A model generated the notes under the pieces. The model was not told the DNA's origin. It was given only the letters and a program-made list of their open reading frames with translations, and did no database searches. From an uncultured delta proteobacterium (lineage in GTDB: Bacteria; Desulfobacterota; Binatia; UBA9968), in NCBI GenBank assembly GCA_963755715.1, contig CAVWLW010000061.1, positions 1 through 64,000 of the forward strand: a stretch of 64,000 nt of DNA, written 5' to 3'. Shown here one piece after another: positions 32,185-42,770 of the stretch (within the stretch, counting starts at the first letter, position 1; every line of letters starts with the position of its first letter). The position numbers and the translations under genes were made by a program.

Positions 32185-33452
32185 TGGATGCTCTCCAGGT
32201 AGCGCCGGCTCAGGGTCTGAACGTTATCGAAACTTGCGCCCGAAAGACTCAAGGTCGTCACCAAGCCGACGTTTCTCGCGCCCAGCGTCGCTCCTCGGAA
32301 CACGGCGTCGTAAAGTCCCGGCAGCTTGACGTATTGACGCGCGCACAGCACCGCTTTGAGTTTTCCTGTGGGCGTTTGCACGTTGCGAGTCTGACAGCGA
32401 AACGGCGTCACCTCCTCTTCGTTGCCAAACATCGCGACGTTGCCGGCCTGGACTTGACCGGAATAGAGAGTGAAGAATTGCGCAGGATTGAGCTCCGCGG
32501 TCGAAAGCAATTGATGATAGAAGCGCACGATGCCCGACGATTGCTCGCTTGAAACGAAAAGATAATCGTCCGTGGAGCAATCGTGGGTAACGACAACGTA
32601 AGGAATGTCCTTGCGCCGTAGCGCGTCGGCCCAGCAACGAAAAAAATCCGCCGGCTTGGTCGGTAACGAATAGGGGCCCAGCACAACGCTCGGTGTGGTC
32701 TTCGAAAACATGTCGGCGAGATAACGCTTCTGGTTGGCATCGATCTGTCGCCCAACTTCCGCGAGAAAACCGCCTGTGGGCGGACTCCCTCCCTTTGCGG
32801 TTCTTTGAAGCAATGCCACGGCGCGTTCGGCTGGGACCAAAAAACTGATCTGCTCGCCTTCTGTAGCGACGTTGACTCCTACGACGCTGCCGGCATGAGT
32901 CAATGTCGGACCGCCGCTCATGCCCGGATTGAGCGAACCGGTAAAATGCACCTTCGGATAAAGCGTGTGCTTCAAGAGTCCGTTGTAAGTGCCCTCGACG
33001 ATAGTCAAGCCGAGATCGCGCGGATGTCCTAGGGAGTAAAGCCGCGTCCCCTGTTCCACTGGCTTGGATTCCAACCTCAAGAAGCCCTTTGCAGGTCGAT
33101 TGCCGCGCAGCACCGCTAGATCATAGACGACGTCGACTCCGAGCACCGTCGCTTGATCGGTTTGTCCGGACTGGTCAGTCACCTCGATGCGGTAACGATC
33201 CGGCGAGTGAATCAGCTTGGAGACGACGTGGTAGTTGGTGATGATATGACCGAGCTCATTGGCAAAAAAACCCGTACCGACTGAAGCCTTGGCTGCCGAT
33301 CCGGTCTCGACGACTTCGATCTTGATCACATTGGCGGAAAACTGCTTGAAGATTTCCGGCGCCGTGGCGTTTGCCGGCTCCGCCGCCGTCGAATTCTGCA
33401 ACGCCGTCGCCAGAAAAAAAATCAATGCGGCAATGGAGAAAATTTGTTTCAT
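32172..33452 (-). CDS. Secreted trypsin-like (S1C) serine protease, no PDZ domain
   Basis: GTGFF, ITNYHVV, DLAVL, LNPGMSGGP; Cys-containing C-terminal domain. Confidence 0.9.
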   Translation of the reverse strand: MKQIFSIAALIFFLATALQNSTAAEPANATAPEIFKQFSANVIKIEVVETGSAAKASVGTGFFANELGHIITNYHVVSKLIHSPDRYRIEVTDQSGQTDQATVLGVDVVYDLAVLRGNRPAKGFLRLESKPVEQGTRLYSLGHPRDLGLTIVEGTYNGLLKHTLYPKVHFTGSLNPGMSGGPTLTHAGSVVGVNVATEGEQISFLVPAERAVALLQRTAKGGSPPTGGFLAEVGRQIDANQKRYLADMFSKTTPSVVLGPYSLPTKPADFFRCWADALRRKDIPYVVVTHDCSTDDYLFVSSEQSSGIVRFYHQLLSTAELNPAQFFTLYSGQVQAGNVAMFGNEEEVTPFRCQTRNVQTPTGKLKAVLCARQYVKLPGLYDAVFRGATLGARNVGLVTTLSLSGASFDNVQTLSRRYLESIQWRR

Positions 33453-33496
33453 TGCACGAGAAGAAAAAGCACCGCCATTTCGAAGTCGAACGGCGG

Positions 33497-34690
33497 CTAA
33501 GAAAGCGTTTGGATGATGCCCTCCGAATGCAGGGCGTTGATTTGCTCGATCTCGTAACCGAGCTCTTGGAGAATTTTTCTGCTGTGTTGGCCGACGATGG
33601 GCGGCGGCGCAGACTTCGTTTTGCTCAAATTATCGTAAGTCACGGGCGCGCCGACAAACTTGAGCGGACCGGCTTGGGGATGTTCGAGCTCTTCGATAAG
33701 GCCAAGGTGCTTCACCTGCGGATCGTCGAGCACTTCGGCGACATTGTAAAGCGGCACCGCGGGCACATCGTGGGCTTCGAGAATTTTTAGCCATTCGTCC
33801 CGCGTTTTTGCTCTAAAAGTTGGCGCCAGCGTTTGTTCGAGCGCCTCATAATTTTCCCGGCGCCCGGCTCTTTGCTTGAACCGTTCATCCGCCGCGATAT
33901 CCATGCGGTCCGCAGCTTTCAGCAAGGCGAGCCAAAATTTCTCAGGGACCGAGCAGTGAATCGCCAGCGGGCGATCGTCTTTACACACGAAGGCAAATGC
34001 GTGGGCATTTTTCACGCGAGCCATTCGACTGGGCACGTTGCCCGTGCGCAGATAGCCTGCGGCCGTCTCGCCGATAAACGACAACGTCGCTTGGAGCAGC
34101 GAGGTTTCCACCCGGCATCCTGCGCCGGATTTTTCCCGCGCCAGGAGCGCGCCGAGGACGCCGTAACCCGCCGACAGGCCGGTGACGTAATCGGACACGG
34201 CCATGCCCATGACCTTGGGATCATTGACGTCGCTCAGCAGACTTAACAAACCGCTCATCGCTTGGCCCAATGTGTCGAATCCCGGCTTTTCCGCGTACGG
34301 ACCGGTCTGGCCAAAAGCCGAGATCGAACAATAGACCAATTTTGGATTCACTTTTCGTAACGCGTCGTAGCCAATGCCGAGCCGATCGGCGGTGCCCGGT
34401 CGAAAATTTTCGACGAATACATCGGCTTTTTTCAGTAGATCAAGGCAAATCGCTTTACCCTCCGGCGCTTTGAGATCCAGCACTAAACTTTCCTTGTTTC
34501 GATTCAGATGCGCGAAGTTAAAGCTAAAGACTGGATCGGGCGCGAAGTAACGATATGGATCGCCGTCGGGCGCCGACTCGATCTTGATCACGCGCGCGCC
34601 GAGATCGGCCAAGAGCGCGGTCGCATACGGACCCGTGACAAAAGTCGCGCATTCGACGACGGTGATATGGTCGAGAATTTTAACCGGCAT
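33497..34690 (-). CDS. CaiB/BaiF class III CoA-transferase
   Basis: GP....LADLGARVIKIE, NRNKES..LDLK, DVFVENFRPG, ISAFGQTGP. Confidence 0.95.
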   Translation of the reverse strand: MPVKILDHITVVECATFVTGPYATALLADLGARVIKIESAPDGDPYRYFAPDPVFSFNFAHLNRNKESLVLDLKAPEGKAICLDLLKKADVFVENFRPGTADRLGIGYDALRKVNPKLVYCSISAFGQTGPYAEKPGFDTLGQAMSGLLSLLSDVNDPKVMGMAVSDYVTGLSAGYGVLGALLAREKSGAGCRVETSLLQATLSFIGETAAGYLRTGNVPSRMARVKNAHAFAFVCKDDRPLAIHCSVPEKFWLALLKAADRMDIAADERFKQRAGRRENYEALEQTLAPTFRAKTRDEWLKILEAHDVPAVPLYNVAEVLDDPQVKHLGLIEELEHPQAGPLKFVGAPVTYDNLSKTKSAPPPIVGQHSRKILQELGYEIEQINALHSEGIIQTLS

Positions 34691-34957
34691 GAAATTCTTC
34701 GCTAATCTTTCACGGATCACTTCCCCTTGCAACGCGATCCGATCGCATCAGATGCGTCGCGCTTGCGCCTGCAGAAAATCTACCTCTCGCCCGGACGATG
34801 TCCGAATTGTGCCTACATACAGCGGTGAGAAGAGCAACTGATGGATGGCCGACGTGGCTCGACCAGGCCAATCCTACGAGCCAATGAAATTACAGCCAGC
34901 TCCGGTGCGACTCATACGAAGATTGGCGGCACAGATTGTGAGCAAGCTTTACACGCT

Positions 34958-36205
34958 TCACCGCGGCGCGACCAAAATCTCCTCCCGAGGAAAGTAGTCC
35001 ATGATCTCCGCGCCATTTTTGGTGACCACGAGCATGTTTTCCAAACGCACGCCGCCAACGCGAGTCTCGCCTTCACGACATTCGACGGCGATCGTCATGC
35101 CTTCTTCAAAAACTTGCGGGTGATCGAACGACCAGAGCCGGTTGATGATCGGGATGTCGTAGCCCGTGCTGGTGCCGAGGCCGATGCCATGGCCGATCTC
35201 GCTGGCGAGCACTTCGACTTCGCTCTCATAACCCCATTTGCTCGCCGGCGGGAAATGCTTGGCAGCGTCCGCGGTGGTTTTACCCGGCTTGATTTCGCCG
35301 ATGATCGCGTCGATCCGATCGCGCATGACTTTGTACCAATCTTTTTCTTTCGCGGTCGGTTGGCGGCCGACGATAAACGTCCGATAAGTGCAACTGCCGT
35401 AGCCCATGTACGTGGCGCCGCAGTAAGAGCCGTACACCAAATCGCCGAACTGAATCACCCGGCTGGTGGCATGCGGGCCGCGATCGAAAGTCATCGGGCC
35501 GGTGCGCCAGCCGCCTGGAACAGCCGCTTCCAAGCCGATTTCATAACCGGCGGTAGAACCCAACGTCATCAAGTCCGTATCTCTCATCCCCGGTTTTAAG
35601 TTTTCCCAGACACGAAACCAGACGCCGTCGACCATCGCCGCGCAGGTCTTCAAACAGGAAATTTCATCCGGGTTTTTGACCATGCGCGCTTCGAGGATTA
35701 GATTGCGCGCATCGACGATATTTTTTACGCCCGCGTTGACCAAGGCTTCGCGCGCGTTGCCGTCGAATCCGCCAAGACCGATCTTTTCGCCGAGCAAGCC
35801 ACGCTTTTCCAGCTCGCTTTTGATTTCGCCGGCGAAAGCTTTTGCTTCTTCCACGCAAGCGGCCGGCCCGGGCGCGCCGGTGAGCCACGAGCGCGCCGGG
35901 CGCCACTCTTTGATCCACGGGCACTGATCCGGCATCTGATGGTAGTAGCCATCGTGCTCGTACATCACCGCATCGTGCTCGGCGAAGAACAAAACGTAGC
36001 GGCACATCGGATAGGCGAAACCTTTGAGCGCGGTGAGATAACGAATATTGTGATGATTCGCTTCGAGCAGCGCGGCGATGCCGTACTTGCGCATCAGCAG
36101 CTGCGCGCGCTCGAACCGCTGGCGGCGCATGCGCTCCGGGTTAAATCGTTCTTGCCAGTCGGCAGCTTCGGGACCGAAAGTGAGCTTGGGGGAATATTGG
36201 ATCAT
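34958..36205 (-). CDS. M24 (Xaa-Pro peptidase/creatinase-like) family hydrolase
   Basis: NIRYLT, AR.VK..DEI, GHGIGL, EEGM.IAVE, GVRLE. Confidence 0.88.
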   Translation of the reverse strand: MIQYSPKLTFGPEAADWQERFNPERMRRQRFERAQLLMRKYGIAALLEANHHNIRYLTALKGFAYPMCRYVLFFAEHDAVMYEHDGYYHQMPDQCPWIKEWRPARSWLTGAPGPAACVEEAKAFAGEIKSELEKRGLLGEKIGLGGFDGNAREALVNAGVKNIVDARNLILEARMVKNPDEISCLKTCAAMVDGVWFRVWENLKPGMRDTDLMTLGSTAGYEIGLEAAVPGGWRTGPMTFDRGPHATSRVIQFGDLVYGSYCGATYMGYGSCTYRTFIVGRQPTAKEKDWYKVMRDRIDAIIGEIKPGKTTADAAKHFPPASKWGYESEVEVLASEIGHGIGLGTSTGYDIPIINRLWSFDHPQVFEEGMTIAVECREGETRVGGVRLENMLVVTKNGAEIMDYFPREEILVAPR

Positions 36206-36393
36206 GAGGACCTCCACTCCGGCGAGTAAGTTTTTCGCCCTGAATCTATCCAGAACCGGCTACTCCTTCAACTGCTCGCTGGGGCTAAAGGTCCAGCCCG
36301 GTTGTCACAATATAAACTTCGCGCCGCTTATGATAATTAAGAGCCGATGCAGCATCATCGCCTTGGCGAACAGAACCTAAGATAGAAGGCCTC

Positions 36394-37377
36394 GTGAAAA
36401 CGATTTTTAAATTTTGGTTTTTTTCGGCGCTCTTGTTTCTTTCTCCCTTACCGACGGCGGCAGCGGATCGTATCACCGCCGTGTATACGAGCATCGCAGC
36501 CGCTTATGCGCCATTCTGGGTGGCAAAAGACAAAGGTATTTTCGACAAATACAATCTCGACGCGCGCTTGGTCTACATGCGCGGCACCGTGCCGACCACC
36601 GCAGCGCTGGCGAACAGCGACATCGAGTTCGTTCAATCCGGCGCTGCGCCGTTTATCAATTACGCCGCCAGGGGTGGCGACGTGGTGCTCTTGGGCTGCT
36701 TGGCGAACAAAGTGATCGATTACGTATTGATCGCTCACCCGTCGATCAGCCGCATCGAGCAGTTGCGCGGCAAAACCATCGGCATCAGCCGCCCGGGCGA
36801 TCAGACTTATTACTATGTCCGAGACATACTCAAGCACTACGGAATCAGCCTGAAAGACGTGCGCTTGGTGCAAACCGGATTGCAGCCCGAGCGCGTCGCC
36901 GCGCTGCGCCAAGGACTCGTGGTCGCCAGCATTCTCAACCGGCCGAACAATTTAGTTTTGGAGCAAGAGGGATACAAGCGGTTGCTCGACATCGAAGATC
37001 TCAAGATTCCCGCCGGCGTGCGCTGCTTGATCACGACGCGAAAACTGGTTAAATCGCGACCTGCCCTGGCGGAGAATTTCGTGATGGCTTGGCTGGAATC
37101 GCTGCGTTTTATCCTCAATCAAAAAAAAGAGACAAAACAGATCATCAGCAAATACACGTTGAATTCAGACGACGTGCAACTGGAAGAAGCGTGGCGTAGC
37201 TTGACCGCGCAAACCGAGATTCCGCCCTACGTGTCGGTCAGTCAATTGCAAGGCCAAGTCGGCATGCTCGCCGAAGAGCAGCCGGAGTTGAGCCGCTTCG
37301 ACGCAAAATCGATGGTCGACAACAGCGTGATCAAGAAGCTGGAAGATTCAGGCTGGATTAAAAGACTCTTTCGATGA
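36394..37377 (+). CDS. ABC SBP, NMT1/THI5-like
   Basis: Signal peptide; WVAKDKGIFDKYNL, LRGKTIGIS, DNS...KL..SG. Confidence 0.9.
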   Translation: MKTIFKFWFFSALLFLSPLPTAAADRITAVYTSIAAAYAPFWVAKDKGIFDKYNLDARLVYMRGTVPTTAALANSDIEFVQSGAAPFINYAARGGDVVLLGCLANKVIDYVLIAHPSISRIEQLRGKTIGISRPGDQTYYYVRDILKHYGISLKDVRLVQTGLQPERVAALRQGLVVASILNRPNNLVLEQEGYKRLLDIEDLKIPAGVRCLITTRKLVKSRPALAENFVMAWLESLRFILNQKKETKQIISKYTLNSDDVQLEEAWRSLTAQTEIPPYVSVSQLQGQVGMLAEEQPELSRFDAKSMVDNSVIKKLEDSGWIKRLFR

Positions 37378-37515
37378 CGATCAAAAGCTGAAACTCACCA
37401 CGAAGCGCACGAAGGCGGCACTGTATTTCGAAATTTCGAATTGTGATCTTCGACCTTTGCGCGACGCATTCCCTGCTTTGGTGCTGCTTGTCGCGCTGGG
37501 TCCTTCATGTTATTA

Positions 37516-38511
37516 TCACGGTGTCCCTTTCGCCGCCTCGGCGAGAATGCTCAAATCAACCAGCGCTTCCGCCTTCAGATTCTTGGCATTCGGCACGGTC
37601 GGAATCAGCGAATCGATGGCGTAACGCAAGCCGTCCAACGGCAGCGTTGGAAAACTTTCCAAATTTTTCCCCGAGTTGAAACGATAGTTCTCTTCGATAA
37701 TCGCCTTGTCCTGCAGGCGCAGATTGCGCGCGAGAACTTTTTTGCTCAAGTCCGGATCGTCTTGAATTTTCTTCATGCTCGCCGCCAGCGCGCGGACAAA
37801 CCTTACGATCACCGGCCGGCGCTCTTTCACCATGGCGCGGCGCGCGGCGACCGCGTTGCCGATGACCGGAAAATTCAACGAGTCGATGTCGAGAATAGTT
37901 TTAAAGCCGGACTTTTCCAGCACCAGCGCATTGGCGGGATTCAAGATCGTCGCGGCGACCCGGCCGTTCTTGAGCGCCAGCACCCGATCGTTCTGCCCGC
38001 CGACGGCGGCCATCTGCACGTCCCGATCACTCATGCCGAAGCGCTTGAGCGCCAAGCGCAGATAGAAGTGAGCCACGTCATGAAGGCGCGCGACGCCGAC
38101 AACCTTGCCGCGGAGCTGCTCCATTTTGTCGATGCCGGGGCCGGCAATGATCCGATACTGCATGCGGTTGTAGATGCTCGCGACGAATAGCAGATCGGCG
38201 CCGCCGGCAATGGCGCTGATCGTATTGTGCGGAATGCAGTACAAAGCGTCGATCTCACCGGCGATCAACGCTGCGGTCGCAGGATTGCCTTGGATCCAGA
38301 TCTGTTCGACGTCGAGCCCCTCGCGCTCGTAGAATCCCGTGTCCTGCGCCATCCAGAGCGGCAAAATAGCGCCACCGATATAACAATTGCTCACCCGCAG
38401 CTTGTCGGCCGCATGCAGCTTATTCGGAGCAACCCCGCCAACCAGAGCGACCGAAATAATCAGAAGCGCGGAGCCAATTCCGCGGAAGCTGTCTATTTGG
38501 TGAATCGTCAT
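37516..38511 (-). CDS. ABC SBP, NMT1/THI5-like
   Basis: W.AQD.GFY.REGLD, ALIAGEID, LRGK.VGV. Confidence 0.9.
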   Translation of the reverse strand: MTIHQIDSFRGIGSALLIISVALVGGVAPNKLHAADKLRVSNCYIGGAILPLWMAQDTGFYEREGLDVEQIWIQGNPATAALIAGEIDALYCIPHNTISAIAGGADLLFVASIYNRMQYRIIAGPGIDKMEQLRGKVVGVARLHDVAHFYLRLALKRFGMSDRDVQMAAVGGQNDRVLALKNGRVAATILNPANALVLEKSGFKTILDIDSLNFPVIGNAVAARRAMVKERRPVIVRFVRALAASMKKIQDDPDLSKKVLARNLRLQDKAIIEENYRFNSGKNLESFPTLPLDGLRYAIDSLIPTVPNAKNLKAEALVDLSILAEAAKGTP

Positions 38512-38595
38512 CTCGCGACGACACTATCTTGGAGCACAAACGCGATCAAGCATCGCTTGCAATCTTTGAGGACGCTGGATACACACGAATTGAAG

Positions 38596-39540
38596 ATGAA
38601 TCGCGATCTATTTAGAGCGCTGTGCTTAGCGCTTCTTTTGGCATCGACAACTGCGAGCGCCGCTACGGAGCGCGCTTTAGAAAAAGTCCGCATCGCCGTG
38701 TCCTCCAAGTCGCTCGGCTTCCTCGACACCTGGGCGGCGAAAGAACGTGGTTTTTACCGTAAACATGGGATCGATGCCGAGATCATTGCCATGCGACCGC
38801 CGCTCACCATCGGCGCGATTCAAGCCGGCGAGATCGACTATGCCTTCGGCGCCAGCACGATTTCCCGCGGCAGCATTTCCGGCGCGCCCGTGCGGCTGGT
38901 GAGCCTGTCACTGAGAACTTCTTTTCATACTCTGGTCGCGCGCCCGCAGTTTAAGTCGATCGCCGATTTACGAGGCAAAACAATCGCGGTGACGATCGGT
39001 GCCGCCGATGATTTCGTCACGCGTCATCTGGTTCGGCGCGCGGGCTTGGATGCGCGCGACTACACGTTCGTCAACATGGGCGGTTCGGACACGAGATTCC
39101 CCGCGCTCTACGCGGGTACGATCGACGCTACGGCTTTGTCTCTGCCTTTCTTCATCGTCGCCAAGCGCCAGGGTTTTACGCTTTTAGGTTCGGCCGCGGA
39201 CGTTATCGACATGGCCACCGTCGGCATCGGCACCTCGATGCGCAAGATCCAGCAAGAGCGCGAGCAGGTGAAAAGGATGATCCGCGCCCAACTCGACACT
39301 TTGCGCTGGATAAAAAGCCAGAAAGCCGAAGCCATCGCCTTTCTGCAAAAGTTTTTCGCTTTAGACGAAGCAACGGCGGCCGAGTCGCACGCGATCTACG
39401 CGCGGCTGATTATCGACGATGGAAAACCGCTGGCGGAAGCGATCAAAACCGTCCTCGACCAGCAGGGAAAACCGGACTTACCGCTGGATCGGGTCGTCGA
39501 CGCGACGGTCGTGGAAGAAGTCCTGCGTGAACGGAGATAA
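38596..39540 (+). CDS. ABC SBP, NMT1/THI5-like
   Basis: AKERGFYRKHGIDAE, AGEIDY, DLRGKTIAV. Confidence 0.9.
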   Translation: MNRDLFRALCLALLLASTTASAATERALEKVRIAVSSKSLGFLDTWAAKERGFYRKHGIDAEIIAMRPPLTIGAIQAGEIDYAFGASTISRGSISGAPVRLVSLSLRTSFHTLVARPQFKSIADLRGKTIAVTIGAADDFVTRHLVRRAGLDARDYTFVNMGGSDTRFPALYAGTIDATALSLPFFIVAKRQGFTLLGSAADVIDMATVGIGTSMRKIQQEREQVKRMIRAQLDTLRWIKSQKAEAIAFLQKFFALDEATAAESHAIYARLIIDDGKPLAEAIKTVLDQQGKPDLPLDRVVDATVVEEVLRERR

Positions 39541-39542
39541 CC

Positions 39543-40644
39543 ATGCCTGACGATGGAATAAGAATCATCGATATCGACGGCCACGTGCGCGAGGCCGACG
39601 ATCTTTTTGAGAAATATTTAGAGCCGCCCTATCGCGCTCGCGCGCCGAAGGTCGAAAAAGTCGCCAATGGCCAACATGCTTTTTCGTCTCGAAGGCGAGC
39701 GTCACCACCGCCGCCCCGACGAAACCCCATTTCGCATCAAAGACGACGGCTCGCCCGCCAACGAGAACCGCCATTTAGCAACCAATCCAAAGCAGCGTCT
39801 CGTGGCCATGGACCGCGACCGCATCGAGCGCGGCCTGCTGTTTCCCTCGGCGGGACTGTATCTGCCGTCGGTGCAAGAGGACGCCTACGCCGCAGCGTTG
39901 TGCCGCGCGTATAATAATTGGCTTTACGATTACTGCGGTGAAGACCGCCATCGCTTGATGGGCGTCGGCGTGATTCCCGTGCAAGATGTAAAGCTCGCCA
40001 TCGACGAAGCCAAGCGCGCAGTCAACGAGCTTGGCTTCAAAGGCATCTTCGTGCGGCCCAATCCGGTGAAAGGCCGCAATATCGACGACGCCTATTACGA
40101 CCCGCTTTACAAAACCATCGTCGAGCTCGGCGTGCCGCTCCTAGTTCACGAAGGCTCCGGCGCTTTTCTGCCCACGGCGGGCGCCGACCGTTTCGCCGGC
40201 CAGTGGTTTTTTACCCACACGATCTCCCATCCGGTCGAGCAGATGCTCGCGAGCTTGGGCTTGATCTGCCGCGGCACTTTGGCAAGAAATCCGGAGCTGC
40301 AAGTCGTTTTTCTCGAGTCCGGCGCTGGCTGGCTGCCGTACTGGCTCTGGCGCATGGACGAGCACTACGAGATCCTGCCGTTTCAGGTTCCGTGGCTGAA
40401 GATGAAACCGAGCGATTATTTCCGCCGCCAGTGCTACACGTCCTTCGAAGCCGACGAAACTCGTCTGGGCGAAGTGCTCGAATCTATCGGCGCCGATCGG
40501 GTCGTCTTCGCTTCCGACTATCCGCACTGGGACGCAACATTTCCCGGCGTCACCGACATGATCCTCAATCGCAACGATCTCGGCGCCGAGACGAAAAGGA
40601 AAATCATGGGCGAGAACGCGGCGCGGCTGTTGCAGTTGGATTAA
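39543..40644 (+). CDS. Amidohydrolase_2 family protein (frameshift near 39675)
   Basis: IDIDGH in ORF 39543-; RAYNNWL, VHEG, LESGAGW, FASDYPHWD in ORF 39667-40644. Confidence 0.9.
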
Positions 40645-40733
40645 GAATATAAGTCTAGCGTCTAGAGTCTCGCGTCTGACCTTCGTCTTCAAACCCGAGA
40701 CCCAAGACCCTAAACCCTAAACAGGAGGTATTT

Positions 40734-41510
40734 ATGGCAGACACATCTAAACTCGTTTCCTCGATGGGCCGCGCCGAGCTCGATCGGATCTTCGTGCGCA
40801 ATTACGACTTGAATAAGGACCTGCTCGGCAAGATCACGTTTGCCCAGATGGTTTATTTGATGATCGTCGGGCGCATGCCGACCGCCGAAGAAGGTCGCAT
40901 GGTCGACACCATGCTCATCGTTCTCGTCGATCATGGCATGACCACTGGCGCCGCCGCGGCGCGCATGACCTTTCACTCCGCGCCGGAAGCGATTCAAGGT
41001 GCCGTTGCCGCCGCCATTCTCGGCGCCGGCAGTGTGCATCTCGGCTCATCGGAACACTGCGCCAAAATGTTGAACGACGCGCTACCGAAGGATTCGAAAG
41101 AAACCGATCTCGACGCCATCGCGCTCAAGACAGTGGAGAAGCGCTTGGCCAATAACCAGCTCATACCCGGCATCGGTCACGGCATTCACACTCAGGGCGA
41201 TCCGCGCGCCGAGCGGCTGTTTGAAGTCGCTCAGGAAACCAAAGTCTACGGCCGCTACTGTGAGCTGCTCAAAAAGATCGGCAAGATCGCCGACCAGAAA
41301 GTCGGCAAGCATCTGCCCGTCAACGTGACCGGCGCTATCGCAGCGATCTCTCTCGACATGGGCATTCACTGGCAGATGTCCAAAAGTTTCGCCATCCTCG
41401 GCCGCGCCCTCGGCGGCCTGGCGCACGTCGGCGAAGAAATTCGCCGGCCGATCGCCAGAGGTATTTCAAATCTCATTCGAGACAATTTGCAGTACGAGCC
41501 GGAAAAATAA
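40734..41510 (+). CDS. Citryl-CoA lyase / citrate synthase-like protein
   Basis: DHG.T, AAR, GS.H.G, PG.GH..H...DPR, NV.GA.AA. Confidence 0.88.
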   Translation: MADTSKLVSSMGRAELDRIFVRNYDLNKDLLGKITFAQMVYLMIVGRMPTAEEGRMVDTMLIVLVDHGMTTGAAAARMTFHSAPEAIQGAVAAAILGAGSVHLGSSEHCAKMLNDALPKDSKETDLDAIALKTVEKRLANNQLIPGIGHGIHTQGDPRAERLFEVAQETKVYGRYCELLKKIGKIADQKVGKHLPVNVTGAIAAISLDMGIHWQMSKSFAILGRALGGLAHVGEEIRRPIARGISNLIRDNLQYEPEK

Positions 41511-41565
41511 GAAGAGTTCTTAGTGTGTGTCCGAAGTTCGTTAAATATATCGCGCGCCTCTTTTC

Positions 41566-41657
41566 CGTCATACCGGCGAAAGCCGGTATCCAGAGGTATT
41601 TGAAATTCCTCGATTCCGGGTCGCCCCCGGCCTTCGCCGGGGTTGCCCGGAATGACG
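41566..41657. repeat. CGTCAT-type REP element
   Basis: cgtcataccggcgaaagccggtatcc..gattccggg..cccggaatgacg; related piece at about 11784-11807. Confidence 0.8.
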
Positions 41658-41745
41658 ATTGACTTGTGTAACGCACTTCAGTTCTGGAACGGCACCAGAA
41701 ACGAGAAACATGAAACTGGAAACTTTTAGCCTGAGGTGTTACCCG

Positions 41746-42738
41746 ATGCCGCTTCGAATCCGAGTCATTCTCACCAGCGTGTTGTTGTTGGCGCTGGCCA
41801 CTCCTGCCGCCGCCCAACTGCGCAAGCTCAACATCGCCTACACCGCGACGAGTCCGTATCAAGCCGCGCTGATCATCGCCAAGGAAGCCGGGATATTTAA
41901 AAAACACGGATTGGATCCACAACTGATCCTCACGCCCGGCGGATCGCTCGGATTCCAAGCGATGATGGGCGGTGACGTGGCGATGGTCCTGGCAGATGGC
42001 TCCTCGGCGGTGACCAGCAATCTCGCCGGCGCCGACGTCGTCATCATCGCGAGTTTTTTGAACACCTTTCCTTACAGCCTGATTTCCATCCCGGAAGTTA
42101 AGAAAGTCGACCAGCTCGTCGGCGGCAAGGTCGCCATCAGCCGCTTCGGCAGCGCCACCGACGTGAGCGTGCGCATGTCGCTGGCGAAGGTCGGCCTCAA
42201 TCCCGACAAAGACGTGACGATACTGCAGATCGGCACGCAAACGACCCGCTTCGCGGCACTGCAATCGAAGCAAGTTCAAGCGACCATTATCACGCCGCCG
42301 TTCACGTTGACCGCGCGCAAACAAGGCTACAACACGCTCGTCGACATGGCACAGTTAAATATTCCCTTCGAGCTTACCGCTCTACTGACCCGGCGCAGTT
42401 ACATCAAGGCACAACGCGAAACAGTTGCCGAAGTGGTCGCGGCATTGTCCGAAGCCGTCCATTTTTACAAGCGCGAGAAAGAGCCGGTGCTAAAAATCTT
42501 GAGCAAGTATCTCGACACCAACGACCGCGAAGCGCTGGAAGAAACCTATCGCGAGATCGCGCTCAAGACGATGCCGGAAAAGCCGTACCCCACGCTGCCC
42601 GGCATCCAAACGATCCTCGACGAGCTCGCGCCCAAAAACCCGAAAGCTAAAGCCGCGCGCCCCGAAGACTTCGTCGATATGAGCTTCGTGAAAAAATTGG
42701 ACGATGACGGGTATTTTGCGCGTTTATACAAAAAATAG
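41746..42738 (+). CDS. ABC SBP, NMT1/THI5-like
   Basis: AKEAGIFKKHGLD, ISRFGSATD, KPYPTL.GIQ.IL, PEDFVD. Confidence 0.92.
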   Translation: MPLRIRVILTSVLLLALATPAAAQLRKLNIAYTATSPYQAALIIAKEAGIFKKHGLDPQLILTPGGSLGFQAMMGGDVAMVLADGSSAVTSNLAGADVVIIASFLNTFPYSLISIPEVKKVDQLVGGKVAISRFGSATDVSVRMSLAKVGLNPDKDVTILQIGTQTTRFAALQSKQVQATIITPPFTLTARKQGYNTLVDMAQLNIPFELTALLTRRSYIKAQRETVAEVVAALSEAVHFYKREKEPVLKILSKYLDTNDREALEETYREIALKTMPEKPYPTLPGIQTILDELAPKNPKAKAARPEDFVDMSFVKKLDDDGYFARLYKK

Positions 42739-42770
42739 GCTGGGATTTATTGTCCCGACGGACGGCCGTC

